Source: the human T2T-CHM13v2.0 reference genome, Homo sapiens. Taken from it: DNA of 64,000 nt. The first letter of the stretch is position 1. Every line of letters begins with the position of its first letter. The position numbers were made by a program, and so were the translations under genes. The stretch lies in NCBI RefSeq assembly GCF_009914755.1, contig NC_060930.1, one strand, 5' to 3'. The notes beneath the pieces are model-generated. The model was not told where the DNA came from, made no database searches, and saw nothing but the letters and a program-made list of their open reading frames with translations. This document shows positions 42,250-55,993 of the stretch, one piece after another.

Positions 42250-45200
42250 CTTTGGGAGGAAGTCACTATGTGCAGCCCACTCTTAAGAAGTAAGCAGTCT
42301 TGTTCCACCTGCCTGAGAGTGGATATACAAGCGGACTTCAAAAAGTTCATGGAAAAATTGAATTAAGATACAAATTAAAAATATACACTTGATATAACCT
42401 CCATCAGGTTCAACACACTTTTGTAAGCAGCAATACCAGCCATTTAGTTCACTTACTCAATGCAGTCATTTTTACATGATTAACTGAAGAGAAATGGGTG
42501 CCCTTTAAAGATGTTTTAAAGATTAGGAAACAAAAAGAAGTCAGAAGGAGCCACATCAGGACTATAAAGTGACTAATGATTTCCTAATGATTTTCCATAG
42601 AAACTCTCGCAGAATTGCCTTTGTTAATGAGAGGCACGAGCAGGAGCATTGTCAAGGTGAGGAAGGGCTCTCCGGTGAAGCTTTCCTGGGCGTCTTTCTG
42701 CTGAAGCTTTGGCTAACTTTCTCAAAATACCCTCATAATAAGCGATATTATCTTTCGTTGGCCCTCCAGAAATTTAACAAGCAAAATGCCTTGAACATCC
42801 AAAACACTGTTGCCATGACCTTTGCTCTTCAGTGGTCTGGCTTTGCTGTGACTGGACCACTTCCACCTCTTGGTAGCCATTGCTTTGATTGTGCTTTGTC
42901 TTCAGGATCATACTGGGAAAGCCATGTTTCATCTCTTGTCAGAATTCTATAAAGGAATGCTTCAGGATCTTGACCCTACCCATTTAAAATTTCCATTGAA
43001 AGCTCTGCTGTTGCCTGAAACTGATCTGGGTGCAACAGTTTTGGCACCAATCAAGTGGCAAGTTTGCTCAGCTTTAATTTTGCAGTCAGAGTTGTGTAAG
43101 CTGTACCAGTTGAGATTATTTATGGTGTTGGCTATTGTTTGTGCTGTTAATTGTCAGTCCTCTTCAATTAGGGTATGAACAAGGTGAACTTTTTCTTCAC
43201 AAATTGATATGGATGGTCTTCTGCTGTTGGCATCATCTTCAACATAGTCTCATTCCTTCTTAAAATGAGTTATTCATTTGTCAAATGCTAATTTTGGGGA
43301 TGCATTGTCCCCATAAACTCTTCATAAAACATCAGTAATTTCACCATTCTGCCACCCAAGCTTCACTATAAATCTGATGTTTGTTCTTGTTTAAATTTTA
43401 GCAGAATTTATGCTCTGATCAGGGCTCTTTTCAAACTAATATCTTATCCTTAGTGCCTCAAAGTAGATTCTGTTCGGACATGTTATAACAAATTATATGA
43501 GTTTATTTTGGTGCAAAAAACTTTTGAAATCCATGCATAGTTTTTTCATAATATTCATTTTCCATGGATTTTTGAAACCCCTTGTATATATGAATTATTT
43601 GAAATTCTTTGGCATAGGAAATTAGTCTTTTCTCCCTATGTCATTTATTTATTTAATCATTTATTTATATCTGTATGGACTTATGGATACTTATTTTATA
43701 CTTTGGGTTATAATCTAATACTACTTCATTTTGCTGCTCAAATTATTCCAGCTTTGGCCATTGGGAGATCTTTCAGGTGATTGTGTTTCTTTAATATATA
43801 CCATCAGTGTGGTAATGTTTTGGTTTTGATCCCTTTACTTTCTGGCACAAGATACTCCAGTCACATCCTGTATATTTCCTGCCCCCATCCTAGGATCAGC
43901 CATTTCTCCAGGGAACCCTGGTTATTTTTATTAGACAATGCTATTAGAAACCAAGATCTGGGTGCCAAGTATGCTTGTTGCTGTTAAGGTGTCATTGTTT
44001 TTAGACCCTCTCAGCTGACAGAGCAAGGAAATGTATGTGTGTATACTAAATTGTATATATACACATTTCTATAAACATTTCTATATGTAATCATCTGTAT
44101 CTGTATTAAGCTAAACATGAGTTTATATTCATGTCTCCAACTCTAAGCTATTACCACGTGTATCCTTCTAGCTGCGTTCTCTGCAAATCCCCACTCTAAC
44201 ACTGGGAAACCTGACTCCCACCATCTGCTAGCCATGTACTTAACTGTTCAGTTCCATATGTATGTAGAGTAGTATCAGAATTGTTAACCTGTAACCCTGT
44301 GGAAAGCAACTTTATTGATTAGAGTACAGTTCTTTTGTACAGTTCCTTTTGCCTTTAGTCTTACAGACTCTGCTCATTTCCAAAGTTAGGTTAGTACCTT
44401 ATTCTGCCATGCCCTTCAGTGAAGTTGTTTTATACATTTGGATTCTTTTGCCACATTTTGCATTCCATCATAACTTCCAAAATGATTTTTAAACTTTGCA
44501 TACATTAAGGTTTATTCTTTGTGTTGTATGATTTTATGGGTTTTAACAGATGTTCAATGTCTTATAGTCACCATTACAGTATCATACAGAATAGTTTCAC
44601 TGCCCTAAAAAACAACAACAAAAACAAAACAAAACAAAACTATTCTTCATCTATTCAGCTCTCTTGCCCATTTCCTGGATCCTGGATTCCTGGGATCCAT
44701 GGATCTATTTCTCATCTCTCCAGTTTTGTCTTTTCTAGAATGTCATGTAGTTGGAATCATGTAATCTGCAGCCTTTTAGGCCTGGCTGCTTGCACTTAGG
44801 AATGTGCATTTAAGATTCATCCACATCTTGTGGTAGCTTGATAGCTCATTTTTTTATCATTGAATAATATTCCATTGTATGGATGTACCACAGTTTGTTC
44901 ACTCAGTTGGCTATTACAGGACATTTTAGTTGCTTCTAGATTTTGGTATATATGTATAATACTGCTATAAACATTTGTGTACAGATTTTGCATGAATTTA
45001 AATTTCCAACTCATTTGGGTAAGTACCAAGTAACAGTAAGTGTGACTGCGGGATCATACAGTAAGAGTCTGTTTAATTCTGTAAGAAACTGCCAACTGTC
45101 TTCTAAAGGGGCTGTGCCATTTTGTATTCCCACAAACAGTGAAAGAGTTACTATTTTACAGCCTCCCCAGCAGTTGGTATTATTAGTTTTTTGGATCTTA

Positions 45201-45260
45201 TCCCTTCTTATAGTTGTACATTGGTATCTCATTATTGTTTTAATACATTCTCTTTTAAAG
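42250..45260 (-). mobile_element. L1MC/L1MD 3' region, host of HSMAR2
   Basis: gaagtcactatgtgcagcccac...ttaag continues after the mariner into atggacttatggatacttattttatactttggg. Confidence 0.7.
42328..43584 (-). mobile_element. HSMAR2 mariner DNA transposon, near full length, inactive
   Basis: TA-flanked TIRs (caagcggacttcaaaaagttcatggaaaa / ttttccatggatttttgaaaccccttg); minus strand retains AKVMATVFW and PPYSPDLAPSDF-like transposase motifs with frameshifts. Confidence 0.9.
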
Positions 45261-45344
45261 GGAAACAACACAGAATGGTCTTCTATTTCACAGAGCACAC
45301 AATAGTGTATGAGCTCTGGAAACTGAATCAATATGAATGAGACT

Positions 45345-45648
45345 GGCCGGGCATGGTGACTCACACCTGTAACCTCAGCACTTTGGGAGGTTGAGGCAGG
45401 TGGATCACCTGAGGTCAGGAGTTCAAGACCAGCCTGGCCACCATAGTGACACCTCGTCTCTACTAAAAATACAAAAATTAGCCAGGTGTGGTGGTGCACA
45501 CCTGTAATCCCAGCTACTCAGGAGGCTGAGGCAGGAGAATCACTTGAACCTGGGAGGCGAAGTTTGCATTAAGCCAGGGTTGCACCACTGCACTCCAGCC
45601 TGGGGGACAGAGAGAAACTCTGTCTCACAAAACAAACAAACAAAAAAA
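45345..45648 (+). mobile_element. AluS
   Basis: Full dimer; TSD aatatgaatg(a/t)gac. Confidence 0.9.
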
Positions 45649-46629
45649 TATGAATGTGACCCTCCCACCACCACCACATGGTCCTACCTTCCTCACATCT
45701 CACACCCTCAAGTGGCACAAAGAGAAGGGGGCTTTTATTGCTAAGGAAAACTTACTGAAATGGTCTGGGATGTGGCACACATTTAATATAAAAATGTCTG
45801 AAGACGTTTTATTCACAATAATCAGAGTAAACAATGGTAGAAAACAGTCATATCTCACAGTTCACACCAGACTCACAAAAGCCCCCCAGTGGCTCCTTCA
45901 GCCTGTCTAGACAGCAGTTTCCATTACAAGTGTCTTATGCTGTGACAAACTATCACAATCATGAGGATAGCTATTGGAAAACACTGAACCACTCTACAGA
46001 CAGCCGGTGTTCCCTCAGCCCTATACAGTTTTCTCCAGAGTGTGCACACTTTGAGAAAGTAAAGTACAAATCGTTCTATCACTTGCACACTAAGTGAAAA
46101 ATGCAAAAATCAAAAAAGAAGGAAACAGGACACAAAATCTAAAAGCAATAAACACTATCTATCCAAATCCACATATTCAAACAAAGAAGTTTGTAGAAGT
46201 TCCTTTAGCAAGCCACCAGTTACTTAGCTAACAACACTGACTCACTCTCCTTCCCTTTAAGTCATGTACCAACCGAGGACCCGAAAATAACTCTGGAAAC
46301 TTCTATACAATGCCTGCACTTCTGCTCCCAACTGATGGGTCAGTTGTTTGTCCCCCTAATGATATTTTACTTACAACTATGCAATTTATTTAAATAATAT
46401 TACGGAAGTGAAATGTGAGTTTAGAAAGAAATAGACTTGTGGTCATGGTTTCAATGAAAACCAAATAGAATTCTTTGTAGACACATGATAAAGGTGAGTT
46501 GCTAACAAAAATGGTAAGATAACTACCAAAGAGGAAAATGCTGTGCAAGTGTAGAATAATCTTGCACCCAGATTTCTTCACAAGTGACCAAATTCTCATT
46601 CCTCCTTAGAGAAACAGAAACTGGGAAGT

Positions 46630-46983
46630 TGTATTAGTCCATTCTCACACTGCTGATAAAGACATACCCAAGACTGGGTAATTTATAAAGGAAAAGAGGT
46701 TTAATGAACTCACATGGCTGAGGAAGCCTCACAATCATGGTTGAAGGTGAAGGAGGAGCAAAGGTACATCTTACATGGCAGCAGCAAGAGAGTGTGTGCA
46801 GGGGAACTGCCCTTTATAAAACCATCAGATCTCATGAGACTTATTTGCTATCATGAGAATAGCAGGGAAAAACTGACCCCCATGATTCAATTACCTCCCA
46901 CCAGTACCTCCCACAATACATGAGGATTATGGGAGCTACAATTCAAGATGAGATTTGGGTGGGAACACAGCCAAACCATATCA
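46630..46983 (-). mobile_element. THE1B-type LTR inserted in an old Tigger-family remnant (about 46400-47180)
   Basis: tgtattagtccattctcac ... gccaaaccatatca; 5-bp TSD gaagt/aaagt; flanks resemble degenerate Tigger HTH coding sequence. Confidence 0.8.
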
Positions 46984-48601
46984 AAAGTGAAGATGTTGTT
47001 TATGGATATGCTTGATACAAAAAATATAACCTGGCCAATTCCAGTCAGTACACCCATACTCAAAGAAAATTCTCGAGTGTGAAAGGAAAAGATTGCCAAA
47101 TGAATAGACATTTACATGTTTTAAAGTCATTTTTTCTTTCTCAACTTTAACCATAGTATTATTTCAGTTATCCAACCAACTTGACCAAGTATTAGAAAGA
47201 TATTGCTAATGTAATGCTACCTTAGATAAACCAAAAAATAAACACCCACCATCCCCTGCTCTGATTTAACCATACTTTAAGTTGCCCACAATTTCATTGT
47301 CCAATAAAATGACTAAACTCCGGCTCCCACCTGGGCCTACCAAAATATTGACTTCCTCAGCCATGGGAAGTGCAGGGAAGTCCTGGGGTAGCTGACCTGG
47401 CTTCTCAGTGTACCCCAGTATGCTGTACTGATATTGCCATTTTGTCTGTTTTTGTCATTTTTGCATATGTTGATGTGAAATATGTCAGAAAGCACTGGAA
47501 AGGGTGCTAAGTCAATATCTGACAGATGAAGCTAGCTAACTAATTTTCACTCTCATTCCATATTAAAACAAAAACAAGGCAATAAATAGGTTATGTCAAT
47601 CAATGAGGACATCAAATGTCTTATTTTGGACACTGATACATTGTCAGCTTCTTTTCTAAGTATTTGGAACTAGCAACTGTAAATATTCAGTGGTTTTCAG
47701 GTATTGTACATTTTTATCTGTATGTCCTAATCATGGAAATTGGCATTGTATAGTTGTGTAACAGATTATTTGGAGTACCTTAACTAAACTACACTTATTA
47801 TAAAATGATAGCGTTTATTGTCTAGCCACTATTGTTCCTTTGTTAATTTGTTAAATCATTGCCCCATTCAAAATTGCTCAAATACTTTTACTAAAAAATA
47901 CGAATCTTATCATTCATTTTCTGTGAATGAATGCAATATGTGAGTTTTAAAACAGCTTTGGGGATACATTTCAAATTACTAATGGAGATTTGCTTTGAAT
48001 TGCCTGATTCAGTTTTCTGGGTGACCGTTTATTTTGATAAATTCTTAAAATTAATGATACTCTTTAAAATAAGTTTTCTTAAACATCAGTATTTAAATTT
48101 TATAGTTATCAAAGAACAATCCCTATGTGGACATTTGCCATTACTGTGCAACTATGGACTTTTGAAAAGAGAATGATCTATGAGTTCATGATATTCATTT
48201 AACATTAATTCTCCTACCTGCTTCTAAAAGGATCTGAGTTTCTTGAGTCATTGTGTCTTCCCATAATTACCATCTCTAGCATTTACGAAATAATGAGTTT
48301 ACTTTATCTATTCATCATTAGCTTTTTCCTAAGAAGTTTCAGTGTTTCTCTAGAGCAAATTACTTATGTCATAAGCCACAGAAATTTAAGAAAAAAAGAG
48401 GCCATAAGTTTACTTCCCATTCACATGAGGAAAGCACGTCCCAGGCTTTCCTGGAGACCAAGGCTCACTATCCTTCATGAAGACGTACTGGAGCTGTTGT
48501 ACTCCCAGCTGTCAGCCACTTCCTAGCTCCCTGTGCTATGATTTACTATCATCAGTCATCCTATTGTCAGAAAGGATTCAAGAAAAAGAAAGAACTAATG
48601 T

Positions 48602-48855
48602 GGTCAGGCATGGTGGCTGATGCCTGTAATACCAGCATTTTTGGAGGCTGAGGTGGGCTGATCAGAAGTTCGAGACCAGCCTGGCCAACATGGTGAAACC
48701 CTGTCTCTACTAAAAATACAAAAATCAGCTGGGCGTGGTAGCAGTTGCCTGTAGTCCCAGCTACTCAGGAGGCTGAGGTAGGAGAATCGCTTGAACCTGG
48801 GAGGCGGCTCCAGCCTGGTGACAGAGTGAAACTCCATCTTAAAAACAACAACAAC
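48602..48855 (+). mobile_element. AluS with internal deletions
   Basis: gggaggcgg joined directly to ctccagcctgg. Confidence 0.85.
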
Positions 48856-49480
48856 TAATGAAAAAGAGGAGAAAAAGGGAACTATCATAAAACTGGAAAG
48901 TTTTCCAATTTGCTGTTTAATTTCAACAATTGTTCTTGAGAATTTTTCAAAGAATTCAGAATATCACATGGTAGAACTAGAAGAATCATATCTCAATAAG
49001 ACTAAGTCCTTGCCACTAACTAGAACCAATGCACAACCACTTCTAGAAGACATGTATTAATACAAATACATAGAAAGAAAACCACATGTGCTTTTTCATT
49101 TTGCCAGGCACAATAGTAGGTACTTTATAGGAGAAATCTTACTGAACACAATCAATAGTCTTTAGAGTTATCAAAATTTTGAAATAGTTCATTAATCCAC
49201 ATAGTATTGAGACCAGACCTGTTAATAATTAGACAAAGATAAAATTAAAGATGGCTGTATTTTCTTTAAGAAAATCCCTAGGTATGGCTGTCAAAACTCA
49301 GAGAAGAAGCCTAGCAGCAGAGAGAAACTGAACTGCATAATGAAACAACACTATTTACAAAGACTCAACTTTTAAAACGTGCCATACATGATCATTTCAC
49401 ATCCTTTCTGAACACAGCTGCCTTAAACCAACTCTACCACCCATTGGCCAGCACAGAAAGTTGTTTAAAAACTGTTTCCT

Positions 49481-49740
49481 GGCCAGCTGCAGTGGTTGAC
49501 GCCTATAATCTCAGCACTTTGGGAGGCTGAGGTGGAAGGTTTGCTTGAGCCCAGGAGTTTGAAACTAGCCTGAGCAACAGAATGAGACTCTGTATCTAGT
49601 AAAATATATATATATATATAATATATGTGTATATATATATAGCATATATATTATATATGTATATATATAGCATATATATTATATATGTTATATATATATA
49701 GCATATATATACATATATAGTATATATACATATAAATATT
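49481..49740 (+). mobile_element. FLAM monomer with AT-rich expanded tail
   Basis: Left-arm monomer 49481-49603 followed by a TA-rich tract. Confidence 0.8.
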
Positions 49741-50251
49741 AAAAAGAAAGTTCCCCATTAAAATTTTCCTCCCTCTAAGGAAAGGTTCCTGCCCAACTCC
49801 TGACATATTCATCCTTCTGTCTTCTTTTCTTCCAAGCATTTAAGGATATCTATTATGTGCTAAGATCTCTTAAGTAGTGGGGATATGGAAGTGAAAGATA
49901 CAGACACATCCACAAGAAGCTAACAGTGTTTAATAGGAAAGAAAGCCATGTGAACAATATCATTTTTGGGGTTAAAGAATATGTTCTGTGCTGCAAAATG
50001 CTAGAAAAACAATGATTTCATCTGATTTGCATGATTATCATTTGTATATGTATGTTTGAAATAAATGGCACAGCCCATAAGTCTAGAGTCATGAAGTAGC
50101 TAGACTCAAGAAAACTTCAAAAGGAGTCATGAAACTAATACATGACAAACTAAGAGAGGAAAAAAAAAGAAAAGAAATACTAACATTATCAAAGTAGGTT
50201 ATCCTTAAAATATAAACATCCTCTGCCACAATATTTCTTTCCCTTCCCACA

Positions 50252-50549
<298 letters not shown>

Positions 50550-50659
50550 TCCACTCTGTTTTAAATTCACACGTTCTGTCTTGACTTCCTTGTTACTTAT
50601 TCTGTGGATAGTTTCTTTCTCTCATTAGCTTTATCTTCTCCCTTTCTTCTTTGGATGGT

Positions 50660-51135
50660 ATAGCTTCCAATATAAAAATAAATGTATTTTTAAAAGCTTA
50701 AACAAATTATGGAGAAAATTACTCACATACAGCCTGCAGATAGGCAGGTATGGGGGCTCCGTGATGACTTCGGGATCTCAAATTCTTCCTAGCTTTCTGC
50801 ACCAACATTCTCAGAGTGTGATGGTTGCGTCCTCTTGGTATACGAGGGCTGTCTTATCCTCAGCCTCACATTTGTTTTCAGGCAGGAATAAAGACAAAGG
50901 CCAAAAGCACTTCTAGCTGAGTTGGCTTTTTTTTTTTTTTTAAATAAAGGTCTTCCGAGAATTTCCGCCCTAAGATTTTCACTGGCCAGAGAGATATCAC
51001 ATGTGCATCCACTGTTGCAAGGCAGGCTGGGAAATGTAGTGGTTTGGAGGCAGGTGCTTTACCACCAGAACAAAATTGGCGTCTGTCAGTGAAGGATAAA
51101 GGGGAACATGGAGGGGACTAGCAGTGAATGCCAAG
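50660..51135 (-). mobile_element. MLT1J/K-type LTR
   Basis: cactggccagag ... gcaaggcaggctgggaaatgtagt. Confidence 0.6.
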
Positions 51136-51254
51136 ACTGTGTGCATCTCACTCAGGCCATCCAGACAGTTCTCTCCTTTCTACAGTGTTCCTTCACGTGA
51201 GTATGTCCTTGTTGATCTTCACTAGCTCCTTGTTTTATCCCGTGGCTCAAAGCT

Positions 51255-51897
<643 letters not shown>

Positions 51898-52720
51898 AAG
51901 GCATCTTCCTCCTTAGCAGAAAGCTCATTGGTGTGAGTTGGGAGCAGATGGGGGCACCCTGCCTGTTTTTAACAGCTGGGATTAGAGTCCACACCACTTG
52001 CACCTGTAGACACACCACAGAGAGGAAGCTATTCAAAGACAGAGATTAAGAAAAGGGAGTAACTTAATCTCTACAGGCTTGTAAGACACTAGCAATCAGC
52101 ATTTAGATTTGTGAAGATCTTTGTAGAGGATTTCTCATCCTTCCACATTTTTACATCTGTCATCTCTTCCCTGTGTGTGGGCCTTCTCAACAGCTGGGTC
52201 AGATTTTCACCTTTTAACTGTGGGGAGTGGAGGGTGAGAGTGCTGTGGGCAGGGTGAGAGGGGCATCTTCCCCGTTTAAGGCTTTTTTGGGTATGACCTG
52301 TGAATTCTTCACTCTTACTGAGAATTTCATTTTCCATGAATTCTTTTCTGTGGTCATACTACTCTGTTAATTCTGGATGGGTGAGACAAAGTGTTGTGTT
52401 CACAATCTGCCTGTTTTGAGTTGAAAAAGAGGTCAGAACAAATATGAGATTATTTTTTCCACTCATTTATAATTAATAGCAATTAATTCAATGTTATTGC
52501 CTAATCACTTATGTTTGAGCTGGATGATTTCACCTACAGCAGAATATATCATTTCAGAGGACTTAGTGATTAAACGAATGCTTTTAAAGCATTTCCAGAG
52601 CTTGACCATTTGGCCCAAACAAAACAAAAAAAGCTTGCTGTAGGGATAGGCTAAGCTAAGACCACTTTGCAGAAACAGTCTAGTGAAAAGAGATAAGACT
52701 GCAGACTCACTAAGAATTAG

Positions 52721-53040
<320 letters not shown>

Positions 53041-53209
53041 AAAAGAAGATTTTGAAATTGGGAACATAGATTTGGCTGTCAGAATCCAAGTGACACCAAA
53101 TATAAGGTGGGAGTTTCCTAGACAATTCTCCAAAATGTCACCCTAATACACTTTACATGTAGGTTGGTCCTTCTTGAAATTCATCCAATGGTATCAAAAA
53201 GAGTTTGTT

Positions 53210-53400
53210 ATAATAATAGGCACCATGTATTAAGGATTGACTTTGCACCAGGTGCTATTCTAGGCCCTTTCTGCACATTATTTAATCCTTACAAGTCTAT
53301 TTTACAGAAAAGCAATTGAGACTAAGAGGAGGAAAAATGACTCGACTGAGGTCCCACAGCTAGTAAGTGACAGAGCTGGAATCTGAAACCAAGTCTCACC
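53210..53400 (-). mobile_element. MIR
   Basis: gaggtcccacagctagtaagtgacagagctgg. Confidence 0.65.
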
Positions 53401-53701
53401 TTAAGTGTTTCCTTTAATTACATTAGCTAAAGAAGAAGGAGGAGGAGGAAGGAGAAGTAGGAGGAAGATGAAAGAAGTTTGAGAAAGTGTTACAGAAATG
53501 CTCAACCATCTGTACCTATTTTCTCAAAATATTTTAATCTGATGACTTCACCTCCACATTTATTTCTGGACACAGGATAATCATTTCATCAGGTAAGATG
53601 GGGTAGTGATGACAGGCCCTCACTAAGTATGAAGTGAATGAACGAATGTGGTTTATGCCCCATTTCCTCAGCTATAAGGTGAAAGCAAGTTGTGTCACAG
53701 T

Positions 53702-54070
53702 TGATATGGTTTGGATTTGTGTCCCTGCCCAAATCTCATGTCAAATTTTAATCTCTAGTGTTGAAGGAGGGGTCTGGTGGGAGGTGACTGAATCATGGGG
53801 GTGGATTTCCCCCTTGCTGTTCTTGTGATAGTGAGTGAGTTCTCATGCGATCTGGTTATTTAAAAGCATGTTGCGCCTCCCCCTTCTCTCTCTTCTTCCT
53901 TCACCAGCCATGTAAGATGTGCCTGCTTCCCCTTCTGCCATGATGGTAAGCTTCCTGAGGCCTCCCCAGCCATGCTTACTGTGGAGCTATAAGTCAATTA
54001 AACCTCTTTTCTTTATAAATTACCCAGTCTCAGGTAGTTCTTTTTAGCAATGTGAGAATGGACTAATACA
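53702..54070 (+). mobile_element. THE1D/MSTA-type LTR
   Basis: tgatatggtttgg start; ggactaataca end. Confidence 0.85.
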
Positions 54071-54454
54071 ATGGTCAAGCCTGCAGAGCAGTAGGGACAC
54101 ACAGTGCCAAATAATATATGCACAATTTTCACAGCAACAGCTAAGGTAGTGACAGCACCTGTAAGCACAGAGTTGTTCTTTTTGAGAAAATTAACTTCTG
54201 CTTGTATCATTGCAGAGCCTCTAGTCTTTAATAGAATGAGCAATGGCAGCTAAAATTTGGAAAAGTGATAAGTGTGGCCTCATCATCTCTTTCCATGATT
54301 CCTCTTTTCTGACTTTCCTTGAACTCCTATTCAGTAGGATCTTGTTTATTGTCTTCTGTGTGTCCCGCATTATCCTGGGCATTGTACACAATCTAAACAC
54401 AATTTCCAAGCCAGAAATGTATTCCAAGTTTATTTCTATTTTTAAAAATCTTCT

Positions 54455-54523
54455 ATGATCATGCCACTGCACTCCAGCCTGGGTCACAAAGTCCCGTCTC
54501 AAAAAAACAAAAACAAAAACAAA
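54455..54523 (+). mobile_element. Alu 3' fragment
   Basis: gatcatgccactgcactccagcctggg plus A-rich tail. Confidence 0.7.
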
Positions 54524-55659
54524 CCCTGAAAGCTAAAGGTGATTTTATAAACTTCTGTTGGGTACTGGTTGCTGACCATATAACATCTAAACTCCTGAGC
54601 ATATAAGCATAGTGTAAAAAGTTGTCCCTCTGTGCTGATAACCTGCCCTGCCAAACTAATGCTTGCTAGTCATCTCCATTGCAACTCATTCCAGCTCTTC
54701 TGAGATTTCCATTATTTTCTGGGGCTTGCTTGGTCAACTGATGACTCTATGCCTTTGCACGAACAATGGGTTCTGCTTGGAATACCTTTCCCTCTTATCT
54801 GTGTAGTGTACTCATATTCATCCTTCAAAACCCTGCTCACACATCCCCTGAAATGCCTTACCGACTCTTGGGTAAAGTTGCTCTTCTGTTTTCACAGCTC
54901 TGTTCACACCTCTATGACAATATTTCCCGTTGGAACTTTTCCCATAATAGAATTTGAAATCCTCAAGGGCTTGGATGTGTTATCTTTGTCTTTCTCACAC
55001 CTGCCCGTTGTAGGTGTTTAACGGAGGTTTTGCTGAGTAAATTAATAAAATTACACAAAACGGAAACTGTCAGCTAACCCAGCGTAGGAGGGTACTAGAT
55101 GTAAGGAGTATTTTTGTAAGGGGAAGGAAAGGTGTTGGAAAATATCTCATTCGTAACTATTTACATTTTAACATATTTAGAGATGGTGAACAGGAAGAAA
55201 TAACTAGGGGATTTAAATGTGTTTAAAATTAATACATCACATAGCGCTTATAAGTATAATGAAATTCGAGGCGTGGTATCTCTTGACTTGAAACCATTTC
55301 TGGAGGCCTCATGAAAGAGGTAAGTTTGCAACCTGAGCTTGAGAGATGAGAAGCAAGGATCTCTTTCGTTCACGGAAAAACGGGCCTAGAGAGCCACTTC
55401 CAATGAGGAAAAAGAACATGAATCTGAAAGTCTAGATAAGCTGAGCGCTTGGTACCTGGCAGGTCCTCAAGAGTGTCTGGGGTATCCACCTCGCACCCCT
55501 CAACTACTCCAATGTTTAGGTGAAACAAACACAAGATGCCAAACAAGGCACAGCCTCATTACCCAAAGCACACCTTTTCTGAGAAACTGTGGAGGATGTG
55601 GCTTCCACATCCCAAACGCAAACCTAAAACCTAAGTTTCAATGGACTTGCTCCTCCCTA

Positions 55660-55993
55660 AGTCTCAAAGATGGAGGCTGGTTCTCGCCTCCTGGAGAGCT
55701 GGGGCTGCTGCAAAGGTTCTGAGCCATCTCAGAGTCTCAGTTGCCCCCGCCTGTGGAAGTGACAACTTGGGGGTCCTAAGGCTGCTTCTAAAAGACAGAC
55801 CCTGCGCCCTGCACCAAGGGAGAAGTATGGGGTGTGGAAGGAGAAGCATGCGCACTGCCGTCCTCGCCAGACTGTGGGGAGGCCTTGGGAGCCAGCTTCC
55901 GGGCCAGGCCGGAACCAAAATGGCCCCACCCACTAGTGCCATGGTCTCCTGCGGCCAGAAAAATGGCTGCTCTTGTGTTCTGGAGGGGTGAGT
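55660..55993 (+). promoter_or_regulatory. Candidate promoter and first exon (YY1 x3, ETS x3, NRF1-like, KLF/Sp, 5' splice site)
   Basis: Motif cluster described in findings; function is inferred. Confidence 0.5.

Noticed and set aside
42569-43178. Plus-strand ORFs inside HSMAR2 as an active or domesticated transposase
   Set aside because: They are antisense to the transposase, whose own frame is broken.
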